A DNA stretch of 64,000 bases from assembly GCA_016783605.1 (NCBI GenBank), contig JADHWG010000002.1, positions 107 through 64,106 on the forward strand, written 5' to 3'. Positions 35,117 to 43,635 of this stretch are shown here, piece by piece. The position numbers were made by a program, and so were the translations under genes. The notes under the pieces are model-generated. The model searched no databases, was not told where the DNA came from, and was given only the letters and a program-made list of their open reading frames with translations. Position 1 is the stretch's first letter. Each line of letters begins with the position of its first letter. Origin of the DNA: Candidatus Omnitrophota bacterium (GTDB lineage: Bacteria; Omnitrophota; Gorgyraeia; Tantalellales; Tantalellaceae).

Positions 35117-35986
35117 ATGAAAAATGGTAATTTTGCGGGGGTGGGCGAATCTTTTGCAGATAAGGATAGTTCTGAAATTGTAGTTCTTCCAATTCCGTAC
35201 GATAAAACGAGTACATGGATAAAAGGGGCCGATAAGGGCCCCTTTGCTCTTATAGAGGCCTCTATAGCGCTCGAATGGTATGATATTGAAACCGACTTCG
35301 AAGTTTATAAAAAAGGAATTCATACTGCCAAAGCTTTGACTTTGGATGTGGAACCGAAGGTAATGGTCGCTAAAGTAAGAGCGAAAGTGGAAGAATTTTT
35401 GGAAACCGGTAAATTTGTGGTTACTCTTGGCGGAGAGCATTCGGTGAGTATCGGTGCGGCTATGGCGCATAGCGAAAAGTTTAAAGATCTTTGTGTTTTA
35501 CAATTGGACGCGCATTCGGATTTGAGGGAAGTTTATGACGGGAGCCGGTATAATCACGCGTGCGTTGCCGCGAGGATAAAAGAAACATCTTCAGTAGTTC
35601 AGGCGGGCATAAGGAGTATGTCGATCGAAGAGAAGGGTAAACTTCCGGCGGAGAACGTGTTTTTTGCCAAAGATATAACTTCCCAAACGAAAAGTACGGA
35701 AAAAATAATCAGCCGTTTAAACGATAATGTTTATGTTACAATAGATCTGGACGTTTTTGACCCCGGTTGTATGTCTTCAACGGGGACTCCGGAGCCGGGC
35801 GGACTCCTGTGGTATGATGTTATGGAAATCTTAAGAAGAGTTTCTGAAAAACGTAATGTTGTGGGGTTTGATGTAGTTGAACTATGTCCCAACCAGGCGA
35901 ATAAAACCCCTGATTTCCTGGCGGCCAAGTTGGTTTATAAATTTTTAAGTTACATTTTTGTTCCAACCTCCAATTGCACCTCGTAG
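35117..35986 (+). CDS. speB: Agmatinase / arginase-family ureohydrolase
   Basis: 289 aa. Mn-binding motifs are GGEHS, LQLDAHSDL and DLDVFDP, with a SSTGTPEPGGL loop. The position after speH suggests a polyamine pathway. Confidence 0.8.
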   Translation: MKNGNFAGVGESFADKDSSEIVVLPIPYDKTSTWIKGADKGPFALIEASIALEWYDIETDFEVYKKGIHTAKALTLDVEPKVMVAKVRAKVEEFLETGKFVVTLGGEHSVSIGAAMAHSEKFKDLCVLQLDAHSDLREVYDGSRYNHACVAARIKETSSVVQAGIRSMSIEEKGKLPAENVFFAKDITSQTKSTEKIISRLNDNVYVTIDLDVFDPGCMSSTGTPEPGGLLWYDVMEILRRVSEKRNVVGFDVVELCPNQANKTPDFLAAKLVYKFLSYIFVPTSNCTS

Positions 35987-36094
35987 GTGCAATTGAAGAT
36001 ACCACCAACCTCATAGGTTGGTAGTAACCTACGAGGTTGGTGGTGGGTTAAAGGGTGCTTATAGATAGAGGACACGTAAGAAAATGAGGACGAA

Positions 36095-38572
36095 ATGGAA
36101 TCGTATAAGTTCGATAAAATAGAGAAAAAATGGCAAAAGAAATGGCGTGAGAGCGGGCTTTTTAAGGTGGATGTTAAAAATTCGGCGAACAAATATTATT
36201 GCCTTATGATGTTTCCGTATCCGTCGGCGGCTCTTCATGTCGGGCATGGACGTAACTATATTATCGGGGATGTTGTTGCCAGATACAAAATGATGAAGGG
36301 CTCTAATGTGTTGACCCCTATGGGATGGGATGCTTTCGGGCTTCCCGCGGAAAACGCCGCGCTTAAGAACGGGATCCATCCGAAAGAGTCCACTTTGAAT
36401 AATATTGCCACAATGAAGCGGCAAATGAGTTCGTGGGGCGTCGAATATGACTGGGATAAAGAAGTTGCTTCATGTAATCTCGATTACTATAAATGGACAC
36501 AGTGGATGTTTCTTAAGCTTTTTGAGAAGGGTCTTGCGTATAGAAAGAAAGCGTTTGTTAACTGGTGTCCGTCTTGCAATACCGTGCTTGCCAACGAACA
36601 GGTTACAGATGGTGCTTGCGAGAGATGTGAATCTGAGGTAGAACAGAAAAAGCTCGAACAATGGTTCTTTAAGATCACCGATTATGCCGAAAGGCTTCTT
36701 AATGATCTTGACAAATTAAACGAATGGCCCGAAAAAGTGAAGACGATGCAGAGCAACTGGATCGGGCGTTCAAGTGGTGTGAATATAGATTTTCCGATTG
36801 AGGGGACCGATAAAAAACTTACGTGTTTCACGACAAGAGTGGATACGATCTACGGGTGCTCATATATGGTTCTTTCCGCGGAACATCCGATGATTGATGA
36901 GATCATAGAGAACAGTCCGGAAAAAGAGAGAATTAAAAAATTTGTAAATAAGATTCGAATGGAATCAAAAATAGAACGGCTTGAAACTTCCGTAGAGAAA
37001 AAAGGAATATTTACCGGGCGATATGTGACCAACTTGATAACCGGAGAGAAAATCCCGCTGTGGATAGCCGATTATGTTCTTATGGAATACGGTACGGGCG
37101 CGGTTATGGCGGTTCCCGCGCATGACGAGCGCGATTTTGAATTTGCTAAAAAATACAAACTTCCCATTAAAGTTGTTATAGATAACCCGAATAAACATCT
37201 TATTCAAGAGAAGATGACCGAGGCATATGAAGATGAAGGTGTTTTGGTGAATTCAGATCAGTTTAACGGATTGAAAAATACCGAAGCTATGGAAAGAATT
37301 GCCGACTACATGGAAAAAGAAAATATCGGCCGTCGTACTATTCATTACAGGTTACGAGACTGGCTTATATCGCGTCAGAGATATTGGGGCGCGCCGATAC
37401 CGATCATACATTGCCAAAAGTGCGGAGCCGTTCCGGTACCCGAAAAAGATCTTCCGGTCGTTTTGCCTTCAGATGTTGAGTTTCGTCCCACGGGAGAGTC
37501 TCCCCTTAAGAACGCGGAAAGTTTTGTTATGACAAAGTGTCCCGTTTGCGCCGGGTCCGCCAAACGAGAGATAGACACTATGGATACTTTTGTCGATTCA
37601 AGTTGGTATTTTTTGAGGTTTATTTCGCCAAAACAAGACGACGCTCCTTTTAACAAAAAAGACGTTGATAGTTGGCTGCCGGTAGATCAATATATCGGCG
37701 GTGTCGAACACGCGATACTGCATCTTTTGTATTCGCGGTTCATTACGAAAGTTTTGTTCGATTCCAAACTGGTCGGATTTGACGAACCGTTTAAACGTCT
37801 TTTTACTCAAGGAATGATAGTCAAGAATGGCGCGAAAATGTCAAAATCCAAAGGCAATACCATCAGTCCCGACGCGCTAATAAAAAAATACGGAGCGGAC
37901 ACCGTTCGCTTATACACTCTTTTTATCGGACCTCCCGAAAAAGACGCGGAATGGTCGGATAGGGGAGTTCAAGGGGCGTACCGTTTTCTTAAAAGAGTGT
38001 GGACTCTTTTGGATATCCTGAGTAAAGCGCCTTCATCGGTAAAAGAGAAAGGTGCGGAACTTGAAACTTTACGAAAAATGCATCAGACCATTAAAAAAGT
38101 TACCGAAGACATTGACGGAAATTTTCATTTTAATACGGCGATCAGCGCGGTTATGGAATTGGTCAATTTGATATACAAAGTTTTGAGTGAGAAAGGCGCG
38201 GATTCTTATTCGAAGGGAACCCTACGGGAAGTGTTGAACAATGTGTGCCTTCTTCTCGGGCCTTTTGTGCCTCATATTGCCGAAGAAATTCGCCAAAGTT
38301 TGGGAGAAAAAGAAAGTATTTTTAGATCCAAATGGCCGGAATTTAGAGAAGATATGCAACGCGCGGATACGGTCGTTTTGCCGGTTCAGATAAACGGAAA
38401 GCTCAAGGGACGGGTAGAGGTAAAGTGTGGCTTGTCGCCGGAAGAAATTAAAAAAAGAGTTTTGAACGACGACAAGGTTAAAAGCTATCTCGTGAATAAA
38501 GAAATACGCAAATGGATAATCATTGCGAATAAACTGATAAATATCGTTATTCCCACGCAAACAACCTCGTAG
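36095..38572 (+). CDS. leuS: Leucyl-tRNA synthetase
   Basis: 825 aa. It has the HVGH (HIGH) motif, the KMSKS motif (AKMSKSKGN) and a CP1 editing domain. Confidence 0.95.
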   Translation: MESYKFDKIEKKWQKKWRESGLFKVDVKNSANKYYCLMMFPYPSAALHVGHGRNYIIGDVVARYKMMKGSNVLTPMGWDAFGLPAENAALKNGIHPKESTLNNIATMKRQMSSWGVEYDWDKEVASCNLDYYKWTQWMFLKLFEKGLAYRKKAFVNWCPSCNTVLANEQVTDGACERCESEVEQKKLEQWFFKITDYAERLLNDLDKLNEWPEKVKTMQSNWIGRSSGVNIDFPIEGTDKKLTCFTTRVDTIYGCSYMVLSAEHPMIDEIIENSPEKERIKKFVNKIRMESKIERLETSVEKKGIFTGRYVTNLITGEKIPLWIADYVLMEYGTGAVMAVPAHDERDFEFAKKYKLPIKVVIDNPNKHLIQEKMTEAYEDEGVLVNSDQFNGLKNTEAMERIADYMEKENIGRRTIHYRLRDWLISRQRYWGAPIPIIHCQKCGAVPVPEKDLPVVLPSDVEFRPTGESPLKNAESFVMTKCPVCAGSAKREIDTMDTFVDSSWYFLRFISPKQDDAPFNKKDVDSWLPVDQYIGGVEHAILHLLYSRFITKVLFDSKLVGFDEPFKRLFTQGMIVKNGAKMSKSKGNTISPDALIKKYGADTVRLYTLFIGPPEKDAEWSDRGVQGAYRFLKRVWTLLDILSKAPSSVKEKGAELETLRKMHQTIKKVTEDIDGNFHFNTAISAVMELVNLIYKVLSEKGADSYSKGTLREVLNNVCLLLGPFVPHIAEEIRQSLGEKESIFRSKWPEFREDMQRADTVVLPVQINGKLKGRVEVKCGLSPEEIKKRVLNDDKVKSYLVNKEIRKWIIIANKLINIVIPTQTTS

Positions 38573-38677
38573 GGGCACATTGCATGTGCCCGTAATTGAT
38601 TTTTATGAGTTACGATGCGTTTTTTACCATTCCGATTTCGTTCGGGCACATGCAATGTGCCCCTACGAGGTTGTTAA
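38561..38677. repeat. Compound hairpin with outer P1 arms (aacaacctcgtagg ... cctacgaggttgtt) enclosing two GGGCACATGCAATGTGCCC-type palindromes (38573-38591 and 38644-38663)
   Basis: Seen in sequence immediately after the leuS stop. Confidence 0.85.
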
Positions 38678-38695
38678 AAAGAACAGAGGTGTTAG

Positions 38696-39478
38696 ATGAC
38701 CAGATATTTTGTGAAGATGTTTGTGGCGGTTTTTTTCTGCAGTATCTTGTCTAACAGTACCGCTTTTTCTGAAGACGCATCTCTTTCACGTTCAGAGAAC
38801 TATACCCCGCGAATGCCGATAAAGATCCTAAAGAAAATAACTTTACCGAAAGGATATCATGAAGGGATCACTTTACATGAAAACCGTGTTTGGGTGAGTA
38901 ACGGAAAAGGAAAAAATACGTGGGTAATTGATCCGGAAACCGGGGAAGTGGAGTCCGAAATAAAGTCTGCCGGCAGGTTTACCGAAGCTATCGCACTGGC
39001 GCCGGACGGACTTTTTTGGATCACGGATTGGGACGATAAAAAAATATATCGAGCGAATTTTAAAAATGATGAATGGGAAATAGTGTCACAGATTCCAATT
39101 CAAGACGCAAGACCGACCGGAATTGTGCGTGCGAATGGAGAGATGTATGTAATAACCTGGGAGAGAGGGCTCGGAACCAAATATTACATCTCAAAATTCG
39201 ATAAAGAAGGAAATATTTCCGAACGCGTGCGGATAAAAAGAATACACGAGCCGGCGCATATTGCGTCTGACGGTAAATATTTTTGGATCACCAGCTGGTA
39301 TAGCGGGATCGTTTATAAGATCAATCTCGATTCACGTGAAGTGGAAGGTTCTTTTAAGTCTCCGGCGGCGTCGCCCACGGGGATAGCGTCCGACGGTAAA
39401 TATTTATGGATCACCGGAACAAGCGCGGATTTATATAAAGTGGACATTAGCGGCGGGGAAAGCGCGACGCAGAAATAG
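38696..39478 (+). CDS. Secreted glutaminyl-peptide cyclotransferase-like beta-propeller protein
   Basis: 260 aa. The N-terminal signal peptide is MTRYFVKMFVAVFFCSILSNSTAFS. ITLPKGYHEGITLHENRVWVSNGKGKNTWVIDPETGEV and repeated W(I/V)T(D/S)W blades resemble plant/bacterial-type glutamine cyclotransferases. Confidence 0.55.
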   Translation: MTRYFVKMFVAVFFCSILSNSTAFSEDASLSRSENYTPRMPIKILKKITLPKGYHEGITLHENRVWVSNGKGKNTWVIDPETGEVESEIKSAGRFTEAIALAPDGLFWITDWDDKKIYRANFKNDEWEIVSQIPIQDARPTGIVRANGEMYVITWERGLGTKYYISKFDKEGNISERVRIKRIHEPAHIASDGKYFWITSWYSGIVYKINLDSREVEGSFKSPAASPTGIASDGKYLWITGTSADLYKVDISGGESATQK

Positions 39479-39603
39479 ATTGAAAGAAAAGACTATCGGG
39501 GGGAGCAAAATGGAAACTCCCCCTTTGTTTTGCCCTTTCATTTGAAGAATGGTTAAGGATTGATTGACGAAAAATAAAATAGACTTATTCAAGCTTAGGA
39601 AAG

Positions 39604-39987
39604 GTGTCAAAAAGTATGCAAGTGAATAGCTATGAAAAGATAGTGATCATTATCCTGATGATGACGCTACTTGCGGGGTCAATAATTTTGCTGATAAAGG
39701 ACCGTACGCCTTGTAAAGAGATTGTTGTTGTGAAAGGCGCCGTTAAAAAAAGGTTAACGCTCAGCGATGTAGAAAAGCTTCATATGGAAGGGCGGAAAAT
39801 AAATATTAATAAGGCTTCGGCAAGTGAACTTGTTTGCATTCCGTTGGTGGGGAAAGTTCTTGCTTCCAGAATTATAGAACACAGAGATCTCCGAGGCGGC
39901 TTTTACGATAAAAAAGAACTTTTAGGAATAAGCGGTATCGGTGAGAAAAAATTAAAGAAAATCGAAGGATACATAAGCATAAATTAA
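39604..39987 (+). CDS. comEA: ComEA-like helix-hairpin-helix DNA-binding competence protein
   Basis: 127 aa with a TM anchor, then INKASASELVCIPLVGKVLASRIIEHRDLRGGFYDKKELLGISGIGEKKLKKI (tandem HhH). Confidence 0.8.
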   Translation: MSKSMQVNSYEKIVIIILMMTLLAGSIILLIKDRTPCKEIVVVKGAVKKRLTLSDVEKLHMEGRKININKASASELVCIPLVGKVLASRIIEHRDLRGGFYDKKELLGISGIGEKKLKKIEGYISIN

Positions 39988-40030
39988 AGGTTGGAAAACC
40001 GCTGTTCCACCTACGAGGTGGAATAGCTTG

Positions 40031-40140
40031 AAGTTTCATGTTTCATGTTACACGTCGCACGTTTTCCCGCCGGAGGCGGGTTCCTCCTTCGGCGGAAACG
40101 CTGTAACCTGTGACCTGTGACTTGTGACTTGTACCTTGAA
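40031..40140. repeat. Palindromic element family P3, copy 5 (core ccgccggaggcgggttcctccttcggcgg, arms catgtttcatgttaca / ctgtaacctgtgacctgtgacttgtgacttgta)
   Basis: Seen in sequence between comEA and comEC, flanked on both sides by ctgttccacctacgaggtggaat hairpins. Confidence 0.85.
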
Positions 40141-40210
40141 GACCGCTGTTCCACCTACGAGGTGGAATGATGGTTTTGGTGTGGGGTGATTGGGGAAAGT
40201 GGGGGTGGGA

Positions 40211-42640
40211 ATGAGGCGTCCTCTTGCGGGGCCGGTGGCGGTTTTTGTTAGCGGGATCTTAGCCGCTGGAATTATTTCTAAAGCGCACGCGTGGGAATTT
40301 ATTGTTGCGATTGGGATCTTGTTATTTTGCGCGATATTTTTTTCAGCGGTTTTTTTAAAAAAGAATAAGATCTTTTTTATTTTGGTGTATGTTTTCTTTT
40401 TTCTTCTAGGGATCTTTAGTGTTTTACGGATATTTCCGGAGAAAGATGATATTGGTGAATTTGTTTCCGTTTTACCGGCGCGGGCTGTGATCTTTGGAAC
40501 GGTTTCAGGCATATGCGAAGACAAAAACGTCGCGTACGACCGATATTCTGTTTTTTCGCTAAAGGTAAAAAAACTTCTTAAGTGTACCGGAGAACATGAT
40601 GTGAGCGGGTTCGTGCGGGTTAGGATGTTTGATCCCGTGAGGAAAGTTTATCCCGGGGAAAGTCTCGCGATAGGAGGCGAAATATTCGCGCCCGAAGAAG
40701 TGAAAAATCGCGGAGTGTTTGATTATAAAAAACATTTGGGGCGTCGTCGAATAGGCGCTCTTATGTCAAACTCGCCAAGAGATGTTTTTCTGAAAACATA
40801 CGCGAAAAAAACAGGTATGTTTTTGTTTCATAAACGATTGATGGATGTAAGGCTTTCCGCCGTAGAAATTTTTGAAAAGCGTTTAATAAATCCAGCTAGC
40901 GCGATCGTTAAATCCGCAATATTGGGCGCGCGCGGGGATCTGACTAAAAAAGTTCGGGATGTTTTTTTAAAAACCGGAACAATGCATATTTTGGCCGTGA
41001 GCGGTCTTCACGTTGGGATCATTGCGGTGATTTTAGCCATGATTTTGCGAATAACCCGGTGTCCCAAAAAAATAACGTTTTTTTTAACGATTTGCGCAAT
41101 ATGCGTTTTTGCCGTGTTTACCGGAGCTCGACCGTCGACACTCCGCGCGGTCATAATGGCTTCATTTATTCTAATAAATCTTGCGATCGGGAAAAATTCG
41201 GATATTGTGAACGGTTTGATACTTTCGGCGTTCGTGATACTTTTTTTTCGTCCAGAAGAGATCTATAATTTGGGATTCGTTTTATCCTACTTGTCCATTT
41301 TTAGCATTGTTTATGTTATGCCGCTCGTTAAAGCATTTTTTGAAAATGAGCCGAGAGTGCCGGATGAAGGTAAAATTGGTTTTATAAAAAGATATTTTCT
41401 AATATCGTTAGCGACATCTTTTTCCGTTTGGATCGGTCTGATGCCGATAATTTCCTTAAATTTCGGAATGATAACGCCAACGGTAGTTATATCAAATTTA
41501 ATCGCGGTGCCGATACTTTTTGTGGTTATTATATTGGGAGCGTGTATTATCGCGGCGGAAGTTTTCGTCGTCTTTATCCCGGTTGGTATCCTTATCTCGC
41601 AGATCACCAACGGAGTGATCCGTTTTTTTATAAAAATAATGACGATGATTTCAGAGATGCCGTTGGCTTTCGTTAAAGTTGGTCCGCCAAGCGGTGTTTT
41701 GATAGGCGCGTTTTACGCGGGGCTGATATTTACGATAATTTTTTTCAATCGGAAGAAACGAAAAATAATATTCATTATTTTTCTGCTTTTCACCGTGAAT
41801 TTATTTATTTGGCAGGAAATATTGAACGCAACGGGTGCGGGTGCGTTTAAATGCACGTTTTTTAGCGTGGGAAAAGCGGACGCGGCATTATTTGAATTTC
41901 CAAACTCCGGGGTCATGATGATCGACGGCGGCCGCGGCGGAAGTATAACCGGATTGGATGCCGGAGCCAATATAGTGGCGCCATATTTGCGCGGAAAAGG
42001 TAAGAGAAAGATAGATTGTGTTTTAGTTTCTCACGCGCATGAGGACCACGTCGGCGGCCTCTCATTTTTAGTGGAAAATTTTGAGACGGGATGTGTTATT
42101 ATGAGCGAATTTTTGCTAAAAGATGACATTAAACATGGGTATTACAAACGGTTTTTACGAATTGTGGAAGAAAAGGGGATAAGGAAGATGTCGATACAAA
42201 GCGGTGACGTGATAAAAGGTTTTTCTGATGCGGGAATCGAAGTATTGAATCCTTCCGAAGATCATATTGATCTGAATGACAGATCTATTGTTCTAAATGT
42301 AAAAACAAAAAACGGAAACAGTATTTTATTTTGCGCGGATATCAGTACAAAAATTACAAATGAAATATTGGCGAATTATCCGGAGCTAAAAGCGGACATA
42401 ATAAAATTTCCGCATCACGGAAGCGGATTTGGTAATATTGCGGATATGGAAAAATTTTTGGATTCGATAGGCCCTAAAGCGGTTATTATCACCAACAAAA
42501 CTTGCGGGGTAAATAAAGAGCTGATGGAAATTCTAAAGCAAAAACAAATAGAGTTATATATCACCGGTGATTCGGGAGCGGTTACTGTAGTGGAAAATGG
42601 TGCTGACTTTAAAATCCGCACTTTTTGCGAGTTGGAGTAA
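40211..42640 (+). CDS. comEC: DNA internalisation competence protein ComEC/Rec2 (DUF4131 + competence channel + metallo-beta-lactamase domain)
   Basis: Track ORF 40190-42640; ATG 40211 is preferred. It is multi-TM, has the channel motif ILAVSGLHVGI and the C-terminal MBL motif HAHEDHVGG. Confidence 0.9.
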   Translation: MRRPLAGPVAVFVSGILAAGIISKAHAWEFIVAIGILLFCAIFFSAVFLKKNKIFFILVYVFFFLLGIFSVLRIFPEKDDIGEFVSVLPARAVIFGTVSGICEDKNVAYDRYSVFSLKVKKLLKCTGEHDVSGFVRVRMFDPVRKVYPGESLAIGGEIFAPEEVKNRGVFDYKKHLGRRRIGALMSNSPRDVFLKTYAKKTGMFLFHKRLMDVRLSAVEIFEKRLINPASAIVKSAILGARGDLTKKVRDVFLKTGTMHILAVSGLHVGIIAVILAMILRITRCPKKITFFLTICAICVFAVFTGARPSTLRAVIMASFILINLAIGKNSDIVNGLILSAFVILFFRPEEIYNLGFVLSYLSIFSIVYVMPLVKAFFENEPRVPDEGKIGFIKRYFLISLATSFSVWIGLMPIISLNFGMITPTVVISNLIAVPILFVVIILGACIIAAEVFVVFIPVGILISQITNGVIRFFIKIMTMISEMPLAFVKVGPPSGVLIGAFYAGLIFTIIFFNRKKRKIIFIIFLLFTVNLFIWQEILNATGAGAFKCTFFSVGKADAALFEFPNSGVMMIDGGRGGSITGLDAGANIVAPYLRGKGKRKIDCVLVSHAHEDHVGGLSFLVENFETGCVIMSEFLLKDDIKHGYYKRFLRIVEEKGIRKMSIQSGDVIKGFSDAGIEVLNPSEDHIDLNDRSIVLNVKTKNGNSILFCADISTKITNEILANYPELKADIIKFPHHGSGFGNIADMEKFLDSIGPKAVIITNKTCGVNKELMEILKQKQIELYITGDSGAVTVVENGADFKIRTFCELE

Positions 42641-42707
42641 TGAATAAAATAGTAAAGGAGACAGCAAAAATGAAAGAAAAACATAAAAAGAGAAAAAAGA
42701 GGATATT

Positions 42708-42872
42708 ATGAAAAAACAGAATAAGAATAAAAAAATAACCGCTGAAGAATTCGATAAAAAGTTTGATGTGGGAGAAGATATGTGGGATTTTTTGGATGTC
42801 TCTAAGGCGAAAGTTCATCGAAAAATTCGCAGAGTAAATATCGATTTTCCTGAAAAACTGGAACATGCGTAG
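42708..42872 (+). CDS. Orphan BrnA/CopG-like antitoxin-family small protein (54 aa)
   Basis: This ORF is below the track cutoff and was read manually: MKKQNKNKKITAEEFDKKFDVGEDMWDFLDVSKAKVHRKIRRVNIDFPEKLEHA. It resembles BrnA-type antitoxins (EFDKKFD...D.SKAK...VN.D.P). No BrnT-like partner is adjacent. Confidence 0.45.
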   Translation: MKKQNKNKKITAEEFDKKFDVGEDMWDFLDVSKAKVHRKIRRVNIDFPEKLEHA

Positions 42873-43008
42873 TCTCTCCGAGATGATGTGGTAATACCAA
42901 TCATATTAATTGATTACACATCCTATTCGGGCACATGCAATGTGCCCCTACAATTTGTTTTGTGCCGCCAACAGAATTGATTGTTTCACGCAAACAACCT
43001 TCGTAAGT

Positions 43009-43239
43009 GTATATTGTCACAATTCAGTTTGAAATACGTAGGGGCACGGCATGCCGTGCCCTTATTATAAAATCAATAGTTGATTTTGAATGCAGTAGGA
43101 CGCTGTCGAAAAACACACTTTTCTGTCATCCTCGCGCTTGTCCGGCAAAGCCGGACAAGCGCGAGGATGAAATTTTGGGAATATTTTGCGACAACACCAA
43201 TGGGGAGTGTATATCGTTACCTGAATTGTGACAATATAC
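43009..43239. mobile_element. MITE-like nonautonomous element bounded by perfect 19-bp terminal inverted repeats (gtatattgtcacaattcag / ctgaattgtgacaatatac). It encloses a GGGCACGGCATGCCGTGCCC palindrome and a P2-family variant.
   Basis: Seen in sequence. The interior carries cgctgtcgaaaaacacacttttctgtcatcctcgcgcttgtccggcaaagccggacaagcgcgaggatgaaattttgggaatattttgcgacaacacc (P2 flanks with a different loop). Track ORFs 43007-43231 and 43080-43364 are artefacts. No transposase is present. Confidence 0.45.
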
Positions 43240-43529
43240 AAGGGGCGAACCCATGTGTCCGCCCGCCTTGCTATCCCGGTCTTGCCTGTCCTGCCTGTCT
43301 CGAGCGAAGTCGAGAGGAGCCTGTCGAAGAGGGGGTGGCAGGATCTCTGCTCCTTTTTAGATAATTATTTTTTGTAATATAACCTACGAGGTTGGTGAAG
43401 GTGAATAGAGCGTTTTACGTATTTTTTCTTCAGCGTAAGTCGTATCTTGTTTAAATTTAAGGAGTTAGAGGCATAGAAAAAGGAAAATTCCCCACATTCA
43501 ACGTTAAGCCAAAAAATAGCAAGATGCGA

Positions 43530-43558
43530 TTGACATTTTTCTTTTATTATGCTATAGT
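43530..43558 (+). promoter_or_regulatory. Sigma70 promoter (TTGACA-17-TATAGT) about 80 nt upstream of giant gene 2
   Basis: Seen: ttgaca tttttcttttattatgc tatagt. Confidence 0.5.
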
Positions 43559-43635
43559 ACGGGATGCTGTTAATTAACGAAAAAGGCTGTTGGCGTTTCA
43601 TAGATAATTTTATTATAACTGGCGGGATGTAACTT

